Below the pieces are notes generated by a model that saw only the letters and a program-made list of their open reading frames with translations, was not told the origin of the DNA and ran no database searches. A DNA stretch of 43,794 nucleotides from Leidyana gryllorum EB-2025a (lineage: Eukaryota > Protista > Apicomplexa), in NCBI GenBank assembly GCA_048772705.1, contig JBLWGC010000027.1, positions 1 to 43,794 of the forward strand. The letters run 5' to 3'. This document shows positions 38,925-43,794 of this stretch, piece after piece. The translations under genes were made by a program, and so were the position numbers. The first letter of the stretch is position 1, and the number at the start of each line of letters is the position of its first letter.

Positions 38925-39886
38925 AGTGAGGGGATCTCTGCTAGAGAGTCACCCCGGACGCGAGGAAGCCACAACATTCTGCGACTAATACGAAAGGAAC
39001 TTGTTACCAAGTCCGAGCTTCCCTGCCGCGCCAGCTCCGTCGGTAGAGCGCAAGACTTTCAATGGAGAGTCCTAGTCAACTTGCTGAACCGTATGTGAAG
39101 CCACTGGCCGCAAAATGCCAAGTCCGACAGGTTGCAACTTGCCGGAGTGGTTAAGGGGGTAAACTAGAAATCGAAATCTACTGGGCCTGGCCCGCGCTGG
39201 TTCAAATTCAGCAGTTGTCGTGCGGTGTGATTGGAGGGGCAGACAACACCCACGCCTGAAACCCCAGAATGGTGCCTCAATCAACCATCTGCCATCTTCT
39301 CGGTGATGCAACCCACCGGGTATAGCCGAGAGACTGATCATACTGTGTAAAGGATCACTGAATGGCATGGGGCTTGCGCAACAGGCGACTAGCTGAGATG
39401 CTTGAGCGATCGCTCAGCGTGCGAAAGGGACTGGGATCGATGCGCAGCCCATCCAAACTATATGCATGGAATCTTCGCCAGTTTAAGTACGGTTGGAACA
39501 TCAACACTGATTGCCGAAGCCCAGGAGGGGGAATAGTAATTTTCAAAGCACACCTCTACTTCCGGTGGGAGCGAATCGTGGTGAGATGCCGGAAGTTTCC
39601 CACCTGTCAGTGCGGTAGGGGGGCAGGCTGAACAGCCGGCGGTCTGGTCTAGTGGTATGAATCTTCCTTGGGAGGAAGAACATCGTAAGTGGGTATTGTA
39701 GCTCAGTCGGCAGAGGGTGTGGCTGTTAACCACAAATCGCGGGTTCGAAACCTGCCAGGACCGGTTTCAGACGCACCCTAGACAGTGACAGTGACTGTGC
39801 TGCTCTCGCAATGGCACTTGTGGTCTGCGACCCTTCAAAGATGTAAGGTTGGGTTTGGCTCCCGCGACGTGCTGCCGTACGTACTT

Positions 39887-39959
39887 TGGACGACCTGGGC
39901 ATCGATCCCAGTACCTCTCGCATGCTAAGCGAGCGCTCTACCATTTGAGCTAGTCGCCC
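39887..39959 (-). tRNA. trnA: tRNA-Ala(AGC)
   Basis: Fully paired; G3:U70. Confidence 0.93.
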
Positions 39960-40079
39960 ATTTAGCAAACCCCAGTACATCTAGTTCTTTTCACATGGTA
40001 TGACCAATCTCCCAACTGCATCGATCACTTTCACCAATTTGTGCTCCGCTCCACTTTGCACAAACGAAGGCACGCAGGA

Positions 40080-40152
40080 AACAGCTGGAGGGACTCGAAC
40101 CCTCAACCTTTGCCTTAGGAGGGCAAGGCGCTATCCATTGCGCCACAACCGC
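40080..40152 (-). tRNA. trnR: tRNA-Arg(CCT)
   Basis: TTGCC-CTCCTAA-GGCAA. Confidence 0.88.
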
Positions 40153-40252
40153 ATTCGGGACGCATCCGACTCTCGAGTGGGACGAAAGCGGGCTGCCCCG
40201 AGGTGTCTCCTCTTTCACCCAACCAGTATCGAGATGACCGAAGCCTATCCAT

Positions 40253-40325
40253 GGTGCGGTGGCCTAATGGATAGGGCATCGGTCTTCGGAACCGGGAGTT
40301 GTGGGTTCGAGTCCCATCCGCATCA
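40253..40325 (+). tRNA. trnR: tRNA-Arg(TCG)
   Basis: CTTCGGA loop; intact. Confidence 0.9.
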
Positions 40326-41274
40326 TAGCCTCTCACTCGGAAGACGTTCCGTTTCGACCGAGGCAAGCTTGCTAGCCGTTGGGCAGCCACTGCCGCGCAT
40401 GTCTAGTTGAAGTGCTATCGGTATAATGTTCCTTCGCCTGGGAAGTGCTCGATTCAGCTCCCAAAAAGTCCGTGTTGGAGTAGGTTGCAGACAGCTTAAC
40501 GCAGAAATCGCCCTAGTCTCTTTGGTTACTGCAGCTCTTCCGCAATTGCATTTGTGGTCTAAGGGTCGATGCGACCCTTCCAAGGTGGTGACCCGGGTTT
40601 GAGTCCCACCAGGTGCAGCAGTGTGTAGGTCGAACGACCTGTCTATCAGTGAACTGAGGGGACTGAGTGCCAATACAATACAACGGTTGACAAGCGCGGG
40701 ATCCCACCAACGCCTTTTCGGACTGCGGCTTGCACACAGTGCCTTCAGACCATTCGGCCATGTTGCCAACTCGCTTTCTGTCCCGTCGCTCCAACCGTTT
40801 GTAGTCTGTTGGGCTGACACGCGCCTCCGACATACTACGGAAGTTCCAGCTCTGGGAGTAGAGCCACTTCACATGTCAGGCTATTGGGTTTTGTGCCCTT
40901 TGATCCATCGATAGGCTCTCTAACAACGGCTGTCACCACGTACAAGATGCAGCGAGATCATGTTCTGCATCTGTGGTCTAGTGATAGATTGTCTCGTTGC
41001 CATCGAGACGACCCGGGTTCCATTCCGGGCAGATGCAAAGGAGATAGCACATGGTTGAGTTTCATGCGTGAGTTGTGTTTGACGCTCCAATCACATCGCA
41101 CGACAACTGCTGGATTTGAACGAACGCGGGCCAGGCCCAGTAGATTTCTAGTCTACCCCCTGCACCACTCGGGCAAGTTGCCCCCTGTCGGACTTAGTAA
41201 CAGATTCCATCCGTATTCGTCGTAGAATGTTGGGACTTCCTCGAGGGCAACTCTGTATCAGGCATTCACTCCCT

Positions 41275-41348
41275 TGGTCGCGCCCGGGCTCGAACCGGGG
41301 ACTTTGAGCTTATTAGGCTCACGCTCTAATCGACTGAGCTACGCGACC
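41275..41348 (-). tRNA. trnI: tRNA-Ile(AAT), D-loop variant
   Basis: CTAATAA loop. Confidence 0.85.
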
Positions 41349-41373
41349 ACTTCTGCGACGACACTTGGCACCG

Positions 41374-42302
41374 GTTCGAGAACCTTTTGCCTCTGCTTGC
41401 CGCGGTATTGGATCGATATCCAGAATGTCACCTTGGACCACCCCGCAATCTGAGTCTGTTATATCCGCAGTCGGGCGTACGACCGGATTCAAGGTAGCAC
41501 AAGCGACATGAACTGATCAGCTGAAGAGCTAAGCTTAGTGTGGTAGTGCTGTCGTATGGCGAGTGGATCAGCACTCCGAATCCCCGTTCAACCTATGAGT
41601 GTTATATAACTATCGGGTGCCTCACTATCGGGTTCCGGATTCTGACTCTATGTGATTCCGCCAGTGGGATGAACATCCATCTGGATACTTCCCTACATAT
41701 TTGGCACTTATATAGGGAGTACCTCTGAAAAGGGGGACGACCTATCACCTACGGAATCCCTGCTACCACTACCACGCCCGTGCCCTACTACGACCTACAC
41801 ACACGCCCGCTACCACACGCTACCGTCCCGACTACGACCCTTGGCCTCTACAGTCACCTCCCGGCGTATTCTACCTCGCCCTCAGGACGTGCGCCTCGAC
41901 GACCCGACTACGGTCCGGACTCCAGCTGCTATTGGGTTAGACGCTACGGCTACAGCTACTACTCAGTTGGACAGCCCTAGGCTGAACGACGCCAGCGTAG
42001 AATCACAGCGGACGGCGAGAGGACACGGACACAGCAGCGACGGTCAGAGTTCTACAACAACAGGATACAAGAAGTCTTTTCCCCGGAAGACTCAGGTAGT
42101 CCTCGTGTTGTTTTTTCCGTGTGCGGCTCGTCCGCAATACATCAAATATTTCTCCCAACTATGTCCTTCAGAATACCCGGGACGAAGGGTTCGGACGGCA
42201 AGCCATCGTTCTGGAGAGTGGGAGCACGGCAAATAACAGAGTCCCACTTCTGAGCTTAAGAGCTTGAAGTGCCACTATTGAAGATCTGAGGTGGAGCCTC
42301 AG
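41374..42302. other. Unique non-tRNA insert, possible retroelement relic
   Basis: No A/B boxes; array homology resumes at 42303 (cf. ~1113); purine tract GAAAAGGGGGA; CTAC-rich low-complexity stretch. Confidence 0.5.
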
Positions 42303-42753
42303 TTCAATCATTGAAGCAGTTGCGCTTTCCCCGAGTGCCACGGACAATGGTGAGATTTGAACTCACGTGGGTGAAACCCAACGGCTTAGCAAGCCGCCGC
42401 CTCAAACACTGCCACCTTGCTGAGAGTGCAACGGATAAAACGTTCCCTCGGAATTCCCATGCGAGTTGTGAGTGGTGTGGGTACAACCCCCACCCCATGT
42501 CAGTATTAGGCTTTGAAATAACTGTTCGGCCGGGTGGACGAGGCCAACCATGGTGCTTTGCTGAGCACATCAGTCGGCTACTTGGTTGAGTGATTGTTTA
42601 CCTCAACTCTGCGTATTTTCGGTCACTTTAATGGTGAGCCTAATAAGTCCAAGTTCGCGGTTGAGCCCCGGCCCGACTAGGCGGGTGTGTTGTGGATACA
42701 ACATCACGTGCACCCTTTTGACAGGAGGAGATGCATCGAGAGAACTCTCACTG

Positions 42754-42826
42754 GGGAGTGTAGCGCAGTCGGTAGCGCGTAGGTCTCATAATCCTGAAGT
42801 CGAGAGTTCGATCCTCTCCACTCCCA
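42754..42826 (+). tRNA. trnM: tRNA-Met(CAT), elongator
   Basis: Matches 3091-3163. Confidence 0.92.
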
Positions 42827-43007
42827 CGGTCAGAATCGGAACCGCCGACGAACTCATCATGCTATCATTTTGCATCTCTCGGGAATTGCACACGGATTAT
42901 CTCGATGGCAGCGAGCGACTCTTCCACTAGACCACAGATGCAGAACACGATCCTGTGAATCTTGTACGTGGTGACAGTCATTGCTTAGAAGCCTATCGAT
43001 GCATCAA

Positions 43008-43079
43008 AGCCTTCTGGCGGAATCGAACCGGCGACTTCTCGCTTACGAAGCGAACGCTCTGCCCATAAGCTAAGAAGGT
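43008..43079 (-). tRNA. trnT: tRNA-Thr(CGT), variant
   Basis: TTCGTAA loop; end mismatches. Confidence 0.72.
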
Positions 43080-43198
43080 AGCTTAGCCAGAAAATCATGT
43101 GTCAGTTGTATCGACAAAAGTTAGCCGGGTGCCACGTGCACGGCGGGCTGTCCCGCACGCATCGTGGGGGCATGCTGGGTTGTCCTGACTACAACGGC

Positions 43199-43278
43199 TG
43201 ACAAGAGTGGGATTCGAACCCACGCCCTTTCGGACTGCGGCCTGAACACAGCGCCTTAGACCACTCGGCCATCTTGCC
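43199..43278 (-). tRNA. trnL: tRNA-Leu(CAG)
   Basis: Fully paired cloverleaf. Confidence 0.93.
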
Positions 43279-43654
43279 GGAGCGTTCGCCACTTTACAGG
43301 TTTTCTGTCCGTGAAGTTCTCGAGAAGGAAGACTTTTAGGGTTGAAGACGCGGAAGACGCGGGTTCGATGCCCTGTTTTGGAGAGAGCCTGTTTCCTCGC
43401 TTTGGTGGGACTCACTTCAAAGATTCGAGCTACAGCCACCTGTGATCGAACTCGGGACCAAGTGCGTGTTAAGCAGACGCCGTAACCACTAGACCATGGC
43501 TGCACGGAGCTTCCGGACTGTGAGAGGGGCGTGTGTCTCTGGGAACACACATATCATGAGGAGCCTGATTGTCATCTACGGAGCTGTAGCCTCACAGAAA
43601 TGGGACGGGCTGGAGTAGTACTCATTACTTTGTGGTCAGGAATGGAAGTGTCAC

Positions 43655-43725
43655 GCATCTGTGGTCTAGTGGTAGAATGTGTTGTTGCCACCGAGACGAC
43701 CCAGGTTCGCTTCCCGGCAGATGCA
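43655..43725 (+). pseudogene. trnG: tRNA-Gly(GCC), degenerate
   Basis: Anticodon stem and T-loop mismatches. Confidence 0.68.
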
Positions 43726-43794
43726 GAGGAGATGGCACAAGGTTGATTGCGCCTTCTACGTGAACTGGTGTCTGACGCTCCAATCACATCGCAC

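Larger units (their letters stand above)
1..43794. repeat. Mosaic tRNA gene/pseudogene supercluster made of shuffled direct and inverted multi-tRNA blocks
   Basis: A-box (TRGYNNARTGG) and B-box (GGTTCRANYCC) motifs every ~150-250 bp on both strands; the same spacers recur many times. Confidence 0.95.

Noticed and set aside
1-43794. The several hundred short ORFs in the supplied track
   Set aside because: They are translations across tRNA genes and spacers (for example GSIPG and VRFP come from the T-arm). They recur only because the DNA is duplicated, and indels differ between copies
1-43794. Bacterial or phage tRNA array, or CRISPR array
   Set aside because: No encoded CCA, inosine-type anticodons, eukaryotic iMet, U6 and a gypsy element; no constant repeat with unique spacers and no cas genes
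1-43794. tRNA-derived SINEs as the source of the decayed copies
   Set aside because: No poly-A tails or TSDs; copies are duplicated together with their flanks and neighbouring tRNAs
1-43794. Assignment to a named organism (an apicomplexan or gregarine-like protist came to mind)
   Set aside because: Cannot be supported without a database search; only a eukaryotic origin is defensible

Overview
Eukaryotic genomic DNA, probably from a protist. Almost the whole 43.8 kb is a dense, two-stranded cluster of tRNA genes and tRNA pseudogenes, roughly one tRNA-like unit per 150-250 bp. I give coordinates for about 120 units and there are many more fragments. Together they cover all 20 amino acids plus initiator Met. 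The tRNAs are eukaryotic in type: no encoded CCA, A34 (inosine) anticodons AGC/AAC/AGA/AGG/AGT/AAG/AAT/ACG, tRNA-His without G-1, and an iMet with A1:U72 and A54. The cluster is built from 0.2-2 kb multi-tRNA blocks that recur in direct and inverted orientation. Embedded in it are a U6 snRNA gene (13339-13444, minus strand), a truncated Ty3/gypsy retrotransposon without LTRs (about 7575-11430, minus strand; single gag-pol frame with a TAG at a normally conserved Trp and a cut integrase), a 277-bp solo LTR with a 5-bp TSD inside a Val-type tRNA gene (26021-26297), and an unexplained ~0.9 kb insert (about 41374-42302). Apart from the retroelement frames, the ORF track appears to be spurious translation of tRNA sequence. 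Coordinates were counted by hand and may be off by a base or two. Intact versus pseudogene calls are by eye, not from a covariance model.
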